From assembly GCA_965202675.1 (NCBI GenBank), contig OZ241842.1:2567074-2631073 (forward strand): a DNA stretch of 64,000 bases. The letters run 5' to 3'. The notes under the pieces were generated by a model. That model ran no database searches, was not told the origin of the DNA, and saw nothing but the letters and a program-made list of their open reading frames with translations. The DNA comes from Candidatus Spongiisociaceae bacterium (GTDB lineage Bacteria > Actinomycetota > Acidimicrobiia > Spongiisociales > Spongiisociaceae). The number at the start of each line of letters is the position of its first letter. Position 1 is the stretch's first letter. Positions 9,153 through 18,482 of the stretch are shown here, in pieces. The position numbers and the translations under genes were made by a program.

Positions 9153-10034
9153 CTATCTATCAATCCAAATATGAAAGCAGGCAGTATTGACCCAATATTT
9201 GGCAGGAACTTCTTCTCCTCTGCTGCGGTAAGCATTTTTATAGTTCGGGTAGAATAGAGCGGTGCGTCCGGAGGATAAACCTTTTAGCCTAATCTGAGCC
9301 CTGCTAATTTTAGTTTTTAGGTTAGATTCTTTTAAGAAAATCTGATCAACTACTATTTGTTCTTCTGAATGGAATAGGTTAGCCTTTTGAACCCATCCTT
9401 TACTCCAATGGGCATGGAAAATTGTACGTGATACCCATCCCGACTTCGGGTGTCCGAGTAGAGCTTCAACCTCTTTTTGTTTAGTAAAACCACTAGCTAC
9501 AGCTACCGCGTATAGCCTCAGTTGGGTAGGAGCTGGATTGCCGACAGTGAGCCGTTGGTTAAAATACTCGCATAAACGGTGCATTGTCTGTTCTTGTGAT
9601 GACCTAACAAGCTCAAAGTCGCCAGCCAAGGCCATGCTTCGACGTTCGATCATTGATTTTGACATTATTTCATATAGTTCTGATTTGTCCTTGTCACCCA
9701 TAGCCCATGCCATGGCCTTTATCCCGATGTTTGCGTCTGTTACCTTACCCGTCTTTAGTTCTATTTCTTCGCCTGTGCTTACCACTGTCAGATCTGATCC
9801 TTCACGATTGAGACTGCTAGTGATAAAATGAGATTTTCGCCCGTACCTATCCGTCAGCGCTTGCCGGGCTTGCATAACCCAGCTTTCCATTTCTTGATGA
9901 GATCTGTCTTTGAAGAGCTGTGGGCGATTCACGCGAGGAACAGCCGCCAGCTTATCGACCAACTCGGTTACACCTTCCTCCGCCACGGTCATACTATGTC
10001 TGATCAGTCTCTCAAAGGCATCGAAATCGGGCAC
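9153..10034 (-). CDS. hypothetical protein, probable PD-(D/E)xK restriction endonuclease
   Basis: Low-GC ORF with GGAGG RBS, downstream of the m5C MTase; SDLTVVSTGEEIELKTG fits D-Xn-E-x-K. Confidence 0.55.
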   Translation of the reverse strand: MPDFDAFERLIRHSMTVAEEGVTELVDKLAAVPRVNRPQLFKDRSHQEMESWVMQARQALTDRYGRKSHFITSSLNREGSDLTVVSTGEEIELKTGKVTDANIGIKAMAWAMGDKDKSELYEIMSKSMIERRSMALAGDFELVRSSQEQTMHRLCEYFNQRLTVGNPAPTQLRLYAVAVASGFTKQKEVEALLGHPKSGWVSRTIFHAHWSKGWVQKANLFHSEEQIVVDQIFLKESNLKTKISRAQIRLKGLSSGRTALFYPNYKNAYRSRGEEVPAKYWVNTACFHIWIDR

Positions 10035-10161
10035 GGACCCCTCCCTCCAGTTTGGATGATCATCTTTAAATCAAACATACACCAAATCATGTACGGCTGG
10101 AGTGATCGGCTGTGTTGGGTCTGCCTCTGCATCCGAAGACAGATGATCTCCGGCGCTGCGT

Positions 10162-11238
10162 TCATCCCTGGTCCAGCATCGTCGTCATCAGATGGCGCGC
10201 CAAGGTTTCTGCCAGCAGAGGGGGCACGGCGTTGCCGATCTGTCGGGCGATCTCGATCTTGGTGCCGCACCATGCGAAGTCGTCCGGGAAGGTCTGCAGC
10301 CGGGCGGCCTCCCAGTGGCTTATAGGGCGGTTCACGCGCTTCGAGGGGTCGTCGGCGTCCCATTGAGGATGGAGGTAGCGGCCTTTTTCCGGCTTGTAGA
10401 ACTCGGTTCGGATGGTCAGCGAGGGTTTGTCCCACTCCATCCGCCCCATCACGTCCACGGTTCCGGTGGGCTTGTTCTTCCAGCAGTCGGGCAGGAGATG
10501 CTCCGGCAGGTCGAACCGGCCGCCCCCCGGCGGGATCAGGTCGTAGCGCATCAGCGAAACCTCTCTCGGCCGGCGCGACAGATGCAGTTCCGATGCCTTG
10601 AACGGGCCGGGTACGCCCGACTCCAGCTTATGGTCGGGAAGGGCGGTGGGGCCGGTCTCGAAGGGGATATCCCGAATGGCGTCGTGCACGGTGGCCCACG
10701 GCTTTAGAAGTCCCTCCCGGCCGTGCGTCGGGGGCGGAAGGGAGGGCTTGGCGCCCCTGGCGCCGACGACGATGGCGCGCCGGCGCCGTTGCGGAACGCC
10801 GTAGTCCGCCGTGTTCAGCACCCCCGCCGCCAGCTCGTATTCCTGCAGGGGTCCTTCTTGCGTCCATTCCGCCAGGAGGCGGAACTGGTCCGACTTCAGG
10901 AACTGGGGTACGTTCTCGAGGACAAACGCCGCCGGACGGGAGAGCCCGACCACGCGGGCGTACTCCCGCCACAGGAGGTTGCGAGGGTCGTCGGGGTCCC
11001 GCGTGCCGAGATTGGAGAACCCCTGGCAGGGCGGGCCGCCCAACACCGCGTCCGCCTCCGGGAAGACATCGTCCGGCAGCCGGGTTATGTCATCGCAGAC
11101 AACGTGGTTGCCGAAGTTCACCGCATATGTTGCCGCCGCCGCCCGGTCCCACTCCACCGCCGCAACCGGGTCGAACCCCGCCCGGCGGAACCCTTCGGTA
11201 ATGCCGCCGCACCCGGCGAACAGATCAACGAGCCTCAA
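10162..11238 (-). CDS. dcm: DNA (cytosine-5)-methyltransferase
   Basis: LFAGCGG, GGPPCQGFS, LENVP, YGVPQRRRR, EAARLQTFPD, RQIGNAVPP. Confidence 0.95.
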   Translation of the reverse strand: MRLVDLFAGCGGITEGFRRAGFDPVAAVEWDRAAAATYAVNFGNHVVCDDITRLPDDVFPEADAVLGGPPCQGFSNLGTRDPDDPRNLLWREYARVVGLSRPAAFVLENVPQFLKSDQFRLLAEWTQEGPLQEYELAAGVLNTADYGVPQRRRRAIVVGARGAKPSLPPPTHGREGLLKPWATVHDAIRDIPFETGPTALPDHKLESGVPGPFKASELHLSRRPREVSLMRYDLIPPGGGRFDLPEHLLPDCWKNKPTGTVDVMGRMEWDKPSLTIRTEFYKPEKGRYLHPQWDADDPSKRVNRPISHWEAARLQTFPDDFAWCGTKIEIARQIGNAVPPLLAETLARHLMTTMLDQG

Positions 11239-11280
11239 GGACCCAACCTCCTGAATTACATCTTTGAGATTACGACTCCA

Positions 11281-11302
11281 ACACTAGCGCGGGGGTGTGA
11301 CA
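11281..11302 (-). promoter_or_regulatory. RecA-NDp/PafBC-like promoter motif upstream of dcm
   Basis: Minus strand reads TGTCAC-ACCCCCGCGC-TAGTGT (TGTC-N12-TAnnnT). Confidence 0.5.
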
Positions 11303-11370
11303 GGCCGGTGCGCCGCCGCCGCTCGGCCCGGAGCTCGCCGTCCATCGAGAGCTCTTTTTCTTGAGAAACT

Positions 11371-12049
11371 TCAAATGGATAGAGCAATCTCCTGTACTCG
11401 CCATTCTGCTTTGGCTTTTAGATGCCTAAAACTCAGTCGAACACGAAAGTCCTCTCCCAACGTGGGGGCATCGCGTCCAGCTAACCAGATAGTTTCTTCA
11501 GGGCTGGGATTATACCGTTCCTGTAACAAACCATTGGGGATACAGGCAATGATGATTTTATCTAGAGAGCGTGAATCTTTATCTTCTCTATAGATATACT
11601 TGGCTATGATTGTAACTACGTAAAATCTTCGCCCGCCTCGATGTATTTCCTGATCCAGTTTTCCAGGTTCCCTTACATCTCGTCCAGCCCTTTTTATGTC
11701 CAGCCCTTTTTATCATGACGGTCATGGACGTTTGAGACATCTGAATGGTAGCGGTACGATTGCCGTTAGACTTTTCAGCCTTGGCATCCAACATGAGAGC
11801 AACAGGATGAGGTTCTGGCAGGAAGACGTATATAGCCTTCTTTACATCCACCTTTCCGTATAGCCGCTCTTGAATCCCTGGAAGGCCCATAGACGCAATG
11901 GCTTCTCTTGTTATGTCTTCAGCGATATCTTGCGGCAGGTCGGTTTCTTCACGAAATATCATTTGAGCATCCGATGCGTAATCAGTTAGAGCCTGTACAA
12001 CCATTGAAAAGGTAGTGTGCTCCATTTTCTCGAGTCCATTAAGCTCCAT
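11371..12049 (-). pseudogene. SfiI-family type II restriction endonuclease, frameshifted by a 16-bp tandem duplication
   Basis: N-half LEKMEHTTFSMVVQAL..IAEDITREA..LMLDAKAE and C-half ACIPNGLLQERYNPSPEETIWLAGRDAPTLGEDFRVRLSF..WRVQE both resemble SfiI; removing one repeat copy gives a 220-aa ORF. Confidence 0.85.
11682..11713. repeat. exact 16-bp tandem duplication
   Basis: GTCCAGCCCTTTTTAT x2 (11682-11697 and 11698-11713). Confidence 0.97.
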
Positions 12050-13037
12050 AGATACGCCTCTCAGCAATTTGGGTGTAGTTGGAATCCAAGTCGATCCCTA
12101 TCCAGCCCCTTCTTTGATGCTTTGCCGCCAAAGCTGTTGTCCCTGTACCAACGAAAGGATCAAGTACTATACCTCCAGGTGGAGAAAATAAGCGAATAAC
12201 TCGACGAGCCAATTCTTCTGGAAACTCCGCTTCGTGACGGTTGTTGCGACGGACAGAAGGTATATTCCATACGCCGCGGGAGCCCCATTGTGCCCATTCA
12301 TCGATATCTAGCCGTTCTCGATCGTATTCGGTGATGCCTGGTTTCCAAAATATATATACATGCTCGAACTCATCAATCGCTCTGTAAGAGTTGGAGTGCC
12401 ATCTACTATTGGCCCAACAAGGGTCTTTATGCCAAATACGTTGGTCATACAAATAAAATCCGGCCTCTTCCGCCCATTGCGCTATCAGGCAACCGGTTAG
12501 CATAATTCTTGTTGAACTGCTTTGTTTACCTCCGCGCACGTTGTTGTCTTCCAAACGTCGTTGAATAGTTTGCTCACTGCATCCTAATATACGCGCCAGT
12601 TCATGTCGATTGGCTGTAGGATTTTGTTGTTGTATCTTAATTATATCTTCTTTTGTAACAGCGATCTTTTTGCGCCTAATGTTGTCGGCTTGATACTTTG
12701 GCATTGAGGCATCGGGAAAGCACAAGATATCCCCGATATTTACCGCGACGAATCCGCCTGGCTTTATTATAGGTGTGTGATGATGTATCACATCGCGCAC
12801 CAGAGATTTCCAGTCATTGAAGCTCAAATGCTTTTCATAAGATTTTCCTACATAGTATGGAGGTGACCAAAAGCTTAGATCTATGCTGTCTTTTGGAAGG
12901 GTCGGTAATAACTCTCGGGCATCACCCGTTAAAATACGGTTGAACTGGAACCCATCCCTAGTTATTGGGGGAGGAGGTTCAATATCGGGAAAGGCAAGGG
13001 AAAGTTCGGGCGTGTCGGCAGTCGCATGGTCCTTCAT
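12039..13037 (-). CDS. N4-cytosine (N4C/N6A, beta class) DNA methyltransferase with internal HTH; likely partner of the SfiI-like nuclease
   Basis: FWSPPY before VLDPFVGTGTT; HEAEFPEEL; HTH-like RHELARILGCSEQTIQRRL; 3' end overlaps the nuclease start. Confidence 0.88.
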   Translation of the reverse strand: MKDHATADTPELSLAFPDIEPPPPITRDGFQFNRILTGDARELLPTLPKDSIDLSFWSPPYYVGKSYEKHLSFNDWKSLVRDVIHHHTPIIKPGGFVAVNIGDILCFPDASMPKYQADNIRRKKIAVTKEDIIKIQQQNPTANRHELARILGCSEQTIQRRLEDNNVRGGKQSSSTRIMLTGCLIAQWAEEAGFYLYDQRIWHKDPCWANSRWHSNSYRAIDEFEHVYIFWKPGITEYDRERLDIDEWAQWGSRGVWNIPSVRRNNRHEAEFPEELARRVIRLFSPPGGIVLDPFVGTGTTALAAKHQRRGWIGIDLDSNYTQIAERRIYGA

Positions 13038-13356
13038 GGCCTCTTCCCTTTCGTGTATGTATTATTGCCCTTCGTTCCAGCAGAGTCAATCATTCGCATC
13101 AGCCCCCGCTCGACTGATGAAGAGGTGGAGGGATAGGGCTGAACAGAGTCCTGCCAGGGGTTGACGGGTGCGCACCCATGCCGGATCGCTTCGGCCCCGG
13201 TCGTCGTCCCCGTCTCATTGGGGGCGATTGCTTCCATCGGCATGCCCCGACTGTAGAGGCCCGCCGCCCTGCAAAAATCGGAACCGCCGGGCGGCGCCCT
13301 TTTCGGGACATGGTCCTCTAGAAGGATATGTATTGTTGGTTTTGTTCGTTTTGATC

Positions 13357-13378
13357 AATGTAAGGCGCGGGTGTGACA
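13357..13378 (-). promoter_or_regulatory. RecA-NDp/PafBC-like promoter motif pointing into the RM island
   Basis: Minus strand reads TGTCAC-ACCCGCGCCT-TACATT. Confidence 0.45.
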
Positions 13379-13610
13379 CATTTACCAATGTGATCCTCTT
13401 CTTTTCATGTAACCCCAGGTCAGAGAGGGTTTCGTTCCTGCTTTTCAGAGATGCATGGCCGTTCGGCAAGGCGCCTCTCGAGGCTAGCGAAGCCTGTTCC
13501 GGGGTGCAGCAATTTCATCTCGCCGGGCGGCCCGGCCCGGGCGGCGGGCGGGCCGTTTTGGAATGACCGCGCCGTTTTCCTAATCTTGGCGCTCCGGACA
13601 CGAGGGACGT

Positions 13611-14044
13611 TTGGAGCTTTCTGACTATCTCCCGATCGCGGTGATGTTCTTGCTGGCCTCCGCATTCGCAGGCGTGTCGTTGATCGTTTCCTACCTGATC
13701 TCCTACAAGCGGCCCACGCCTGAGAAGCTCGAGCCCTACGAGTGCGGCATCGTCACCGAGGCGGAGCCCATCCAGCGGTTCCCGGTCAAGTTCTACCTGG
13801 TAGCCATCCTGTTCGTGATCTTCGACGTGGAGATCGTCTTCCTGTTCGCTTGGGCCTCGGTGTTCGGCGAGGTGGGGTGGGGCGGGGTTGCGGCGGTTGC
13901 GGTGTTTACCCTGCTCATCGTGGAGACGCTCGGCTACGTGTGGAAGCGGGGCGCCCTGGACTGGAACGTTTCCCGCCGGGCGCGGTATCGGCCCGCCGCC
14001 CCCTCCGCCGCGGCGGTTGAATCACCCCGGGAGATGGCCGCCTG

Positions 14045-14045
<1 letters not shown>
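13611..14045 (+). CDS. nuoA: NADH-quinone oxidoreductase subunit A
   Basis: [26 protein letters not shown]. Confidence 0.95.
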
Positions 14046-14514
<469 letters not shown>

Positions 14515-14515
<1 letters not shown>

Positions 14516-15036
14516 TGCCCGAAGAAACCGCCGCCCCCCCGGACGACGCTCCGGCGGCCGATGAGATCATGGCCGCCCTGCTGGCCGCCGCGCCCGCGGC
14601 CCGGTCCGAGGCATCGTCAGGTGACGAGGTCCTGCGGGTTCCTCCCGAGGAGCTCGGCGCGCTGGCCGCCGCCGCCGAGGCCAACGGTTTCGAGATGTGC
14701 TCGGACATCACCGCCGTCGATTACCTGAGGAAACGCCGCACCCGTTTCGAGCTGGTGGTGAATCTCCTGTCCCTGCGGCACAACCGCCGCCTCCGCATCC
14801 TGGTTCCCATACCGGACGGCGGCGGCGGCCCCGGGGCGCCCTCCCTGGCGCCGATCTATCCGGGCGCCAACTTCCTGGAGCGGGAGGTCTACGACATGTT
14901 CGGCATCCGCTTCGAGGGCCATCCCGACCTCACCCGCATCCTGATGCCCGACGACTGGGAGGGCCACCCCCTCCGGCGGGACTACGGGGTGGGCGCGGTT
15001 CCGGTCCAGTTCAAGGAAGCCCCCCGGGTGATCTGA
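14515..15036 (+). CDS. nuoC: NADH-quinone oxidoreductase subunit C
   Basis: EREVYDMFGIRFEGHPDLTRILMPDDWEGHPLRRDY; ATG overlaps the nuoB stop. Confidence 0.94.
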
Positions 15037-16412
15037 TGGCCGAGACCGCCTCCATCAGCCCGCCCGCCGCCCGAACGGCCGAGATCTGGGTTTCGGGGAC
15101 CGAAGCCCCGGAAGTCTCCGAATGGATGACGGCCGGCACCGACGAGGGCGCCCAGGAGATGGACCGCCGCGAGACCCCCGACCGGGCGGTCGAACAGCGG
15201 GGCGCCCGGGTGGTTGACGACTGGGTGGTCGACGATGAGGCAGCCGACGACGAGCGGATGCTGGTCAACATGGGGCCCCAGCACCCCTCCACCCACGGGG
15301 TGCTGCGCCTCAACCTGGAGCTCGAAGGGGAGATCGTCCGCCGCATCAAACCGGTCATCGGCTACCTGCACACCGGCATGGAAAAGACCGCCGAGACCCT
15401 CACCTTCCTGCAGGGCCCCACCAACGTCACCCGTATGGACTACCTGGCCCCCCTGCACAACGAGCTGTGTTACTCGCTGGCGGTGGAAAAGCTGTTGGAG
15501 GTGGACATCCCGCCCCGCGCCCGGGCCATCCGGGTGCTGATGACCGAGCTCAACCGGATTTCTTCCCATCTGGTGGCCACCGCCACCAACGGCATGGACA
15601 TAGGCGCCCTCTCGATGATGATGTACGGGTTCCGAGAGCGGGAGCTGATCCTGTCCTTCTTCGAGAAGACCACCGGCCTGCGCATGAACCACAACTACAT
15701 CCGGCCCGGCGGGGTGGCCGCCGACCTGCCCGACGGGTGGGAGGAGGACGTGGAGGAAATCCTCGAGCGCATTCCGGCGGCCATGGAGGACTACGAGGAC
15801 CTTCTCAAGGAGAACTCCATCTGGAAGGGCCGCACCCGGGGGATCGGCGTAATAACCGCCGAGGAGTGCCTGGCCTACGGGATCACCGGCCCCACCCTGC
15901 GGGCGGCGGGGGTGGAATGGGACCTGCGCCGCTCCCAGCCCTACTCGGGAATCGAAGACTATGACTTCGACGTGGTTACCGGAAGCCGGGGCGACGTCTA
16001 CGACCGCTACCGGGTGCGGATCGAGGAGATGCACCAGTCGCTGCGGATCGTCCGCCAGGCCGCCGAGGTCATGCCCCGCGGCGACTACAAGACCGGAGAC
16101 CGCAAGGTGTCGCCCCCGCCCCGCCGCCGCATCGACGAATCGATGGAAGCCCTGATCCACCACTTCAAGATCTACACCGAGGGCTTCAGGGTTCCGGAGG
16201 GCGAGACCTATGTCGCGATCGAATCCCCCCGCGGTGAGCTGGGCTGCTATCTGGTGTCCGACGGCGGGGGAAAGCCGCTGCGCATGCACACCCGCGCCCC
16301 TTCATTCTCCAACCTGCAGGCCCTGCCGATCATGATGGCCGACTCCCTGGTGGCCGACACCATCGCCTGCATCGCCTCCCTCGACCCGGTGATGGGCGAC
16401 GTGGACCGGTAG
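15036..16412 (+). CDS. nuoD: NADH-quinone oxidoreductase subunit D
   Basis: NMGPQHPSTHGVLRL, GYLHTGMEK, ESPRGELG, DPVMGDVDR. Confidence 0.96.
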   Translation: MAETASISPPAARTAEIWVSGTEAPEVSEWMTAGTDEGAQEMDRRETPDRAVEQRGARVVDDWVVDDEAADDERMLVNMGPQHPSTHGVLRLNLELEGEIVRRIKPVIGYLHTGMEKTAETLTFLQGPTNVTRMDYLAPLHNELCYSLAVEKLLEVDIPPRARAIRVLMTELNRISSHLVATATNGMDIGALSMMMYGFRERELILSFFEKTTGLRMNHNYIRPGGVAADLPDGWEEDVEEILERIPAAMEDYEDLLKENSIWKGRTRGIGVITAEECLAYGITGPTLRAAGVEWDLRRSQPYSGIEDYDFDVVTGSRGDVYDRYRVRIEEMHQSLRIVRQAAEVMPRGDYKTGDRKVSPPPRRRIDESMEALIHHFKIYTEGFRVPEGETYVAIESPRGELGCYLVSDGGGKPLRMHTRAPSFSNLQALPIMMADSLVADTIACIASLDPVMGDVDR

Positions 16413-18482
16413 ATGGGTATGCCGCAGGACTCCCCCCGGCCCGGACGGCAGGGCGCCCCGCTCGCCTGGCCGCCCGCCGCCGAGGAACGCGCCCGCCGGT
16501 TGATCGCCCGCTACCCGCAGCCGCGCTCGGCCCTGATGCCCCTCCTGTATATAGCCATGCAGGAGGACCGCCGCCGGGGGGCCGACCGCCTGACCGAGGA
16601 TGGGATGCGCAAGGTGGCCGGCCTGGTGGGCATTACCCCCGCCCAGGCAGCGGCGGCGGCCAGCTTCTACACCATGTACAAGCTGGCGCCGGTGGGCCGG
16701 TACCTGGTGTCGGTGTGCACCTCCCTGTCCTGCTGGCTGGCGGGGGCCGACGACGTGCTCCACGCCCTCGAGGAGGAGGCGGGCGTCCCTTCCGGCCACA
16801 CCGATCCCGAAGGGTTGATTTCCCCCGAGCACGTGGAATGCATCGGGGCCTGCGGCGGCGCTCCGGCGGTTCAGGTCAACTACGAGTTCGTGGAGGGGAT
16901 AACCGCCGACCGGACGAAGGAGATGGTCCGCTGGCTGCGCTCGGAGCAGCCGGAATGCGTGTCGGGTGACCGGCTCCAGGCCCGGTTCGGCGGATGCACC
17001 TCTTTTCCGTGGGCCATTCCCGATCCGGCGGCGGCGCCGGGTCCGGCGCCCGCCTTCCCTCCGCTCGGCACGGCGGCGGCCCCTTCCGAATCCCCGGAAT
17101 CCCCGGAATCCCCCAACGGCGCCGCCGGATTGCCCGCTCCTTCCCCGACGACGGGGAACGGCGGCGCCCCCATGATCCTCACCGCCCGGATGAACGAACA
17201 CCCCGGCGACAGCCACACTCTGGCCAGGTACGAGGCAACCGGCGGTTACGCGGCCCTGCGCAAGGTGCTGGGCGGCCCCGGCATGACCCCCGCCGAGATA
17301 ACCGAAGAGGTCAAGGCGTCCATGCTGCGGGGCCGGGGAGGGGCCGGCTTCCCCGCCGGGGTGAAGTGGAGTTTCCTGGCCCCCGCCCGCCCGTCCTACC
17401 TGGTGGTCAACGCCGACGAGTCCGAGCCGGGCACCTTCAAGGACCGCCAGCTGATGGAGCGCGACCCCCACCAGATGATCGAAGGGGTGATCATCTCCTC
17501 CTACGCCAACGAGGTCCACCATGCCTTTATATATGTGCGGGGCGAGTACCCCAAGGCCGCCCGGCGGGTGCAGGCCGCGGTCGAGGAGGCCTACACCGCC
17601 GGGTATCTGGGCCGGGACATCCTCGGTTCCGGGTACGGCTTGGAGCTGGTCGTCCATCTCGGCGCCGGCGCCTACATCTGCGGCGAGGAGACCGCTTTGC
17701 TGGCCAGCCTGGAAGGGCGCCGGGGGGAACCCCGCCTGAAGCCCCCCTACTTCCCGGCCGCCAAGGGCCTCTACATGATGCCCACCATCGTCAACAACGT
17801 GGAGACCCTGGCCAACATCCCCTGGATAATCGAGCACGGCGCGGCCGCCTATGCGGCGATCGGCCCGGCCGATTCCCCGGGCCGGCGCATGTGCTCGGTC
17901 TCCGGCCACGTGGTCCGGCCCGGCAACTACGAGATCGTGGAGGGCCTCACCTGGCGGGAGCTGATCTTCGGCCTGGCCGGGGGCATCCGCGACGGCAACC
18001 GCCTCAAGGCCTGGGTGCCGGGGGGCGCCTCGTCGCCCTGGTTTGTCCCCGACCTCCACCTCGACACCGAAGTGACCAAGGAAGCCATCGACGGACACGG
18101 CTCCATGACCGGTTCGGGGGCGGTGATCGTCATGGACCACACCACCGACCCGTCGGCGGCGGCCGAGCGCCTGGTCCGGTTCTTCGCCCACGAGTCCTGC
18201 GGCCAGTGCACCCCCTGCCGGGAGGGCACCACCTGGCTGGACATGATCCTGCGCCGCATCATGGACGGGCAGGGGCGCCCGGTGGACGCCGATCTGCTGC
18301 TCGACGTGTCCGACAACATCTCCCCCGGCCTGCGGTGGCCCCCGGCCATGACCACCATCTGCGCCCTGGGGCCCTCGGCGGTGTCGCCGGTGGTGTCCCT
18401 GCTCAGATACTTCCGGGACGAGGTGGACGAACACGTCCGGGCCGCCGGCTTCGTGCCGGTAACCGTCGGAGGGCCGAGATGA
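16413..18482 (+). CDS. nuoEF: fused NADH-quinone oxidoreductase subunits E and F
   Basis: NuoE CTSLSC..CIGAC and NuoF GRGGAGFPAG, NADESEPGTFKD, ESCGQCTPCREG in one frame, joined by a Pro/Ala linker. Confidence 0.9.
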   Translation: MGMPQDSPRPGRQGAPLAWPPAAEERARRLIARYPQPRSALMPLLYIAMQEDRRRGADRLTEDGMRKVAGLVGITPAQAAAAASFYTMYKLAPVGRYLVSVCTSLSCWLAGADDVLHALEEEAGVPSGHTDPEGLISPEHVECIGACGGAPAVQVNYEFVEGITADRTKEMVRWLRSEQPECVSGDRLQARFGGCTSFPWAIPDPAAAPGPAPAFPPLGTAAAPSESPESPESPNGAAGLPAPSPTTGNGGAPMILTARMNEHPGDSHTLARYEATGGYAALRKVLGGPGMTPAEITEEVKASMLRGRGGAGFPAGVKWSFLAPARPSYLVVNADESEPGTFKDRQLMERDPHQMIEGVIISSYANEVHHAFIYVRGEYPKAARRVQAAVEEAYTAGYLGRDILGSGYGLELVVHLGAGAYICGEETALLASLEGRRGEPRLKPPYFPAAKGLYMMPTIVNNVETLANIPWIIEHGAAAYAAIGPADSPGRRMCSVSGHVVRPGNYEIVEGLTWRELIFGLAGGIRDGNRLKAWVPGGASSPWFVPDLHLDTEVTKEAIDGHGSMTGSGAVIVMDHTTDPSAAAERLVRFFAHESCGQCTPCREGTTWLDMILRRIMDGQGRPVDADLLLDVSDNISPGLRWPPAMTTICALGPSAVSPVVSLLRYFRDEVDEHVRAAGFVPVTVGGPR

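Noticed and set aside
13040..13330. Small ORFs upstream of the m4C methyltransferase as a controller (C) protein
   Set aside because: No HTH-like or otherwise recognisable sequence; cannot be supported.
13372..13410. TGTGA half-sites upstream of nuoA as a Rex or CRP box
   Set aside because: No matching TCACA half at the right spacing; the first site is better explained by the minus-strand TGTCAC-N10-TAnnnT motif.
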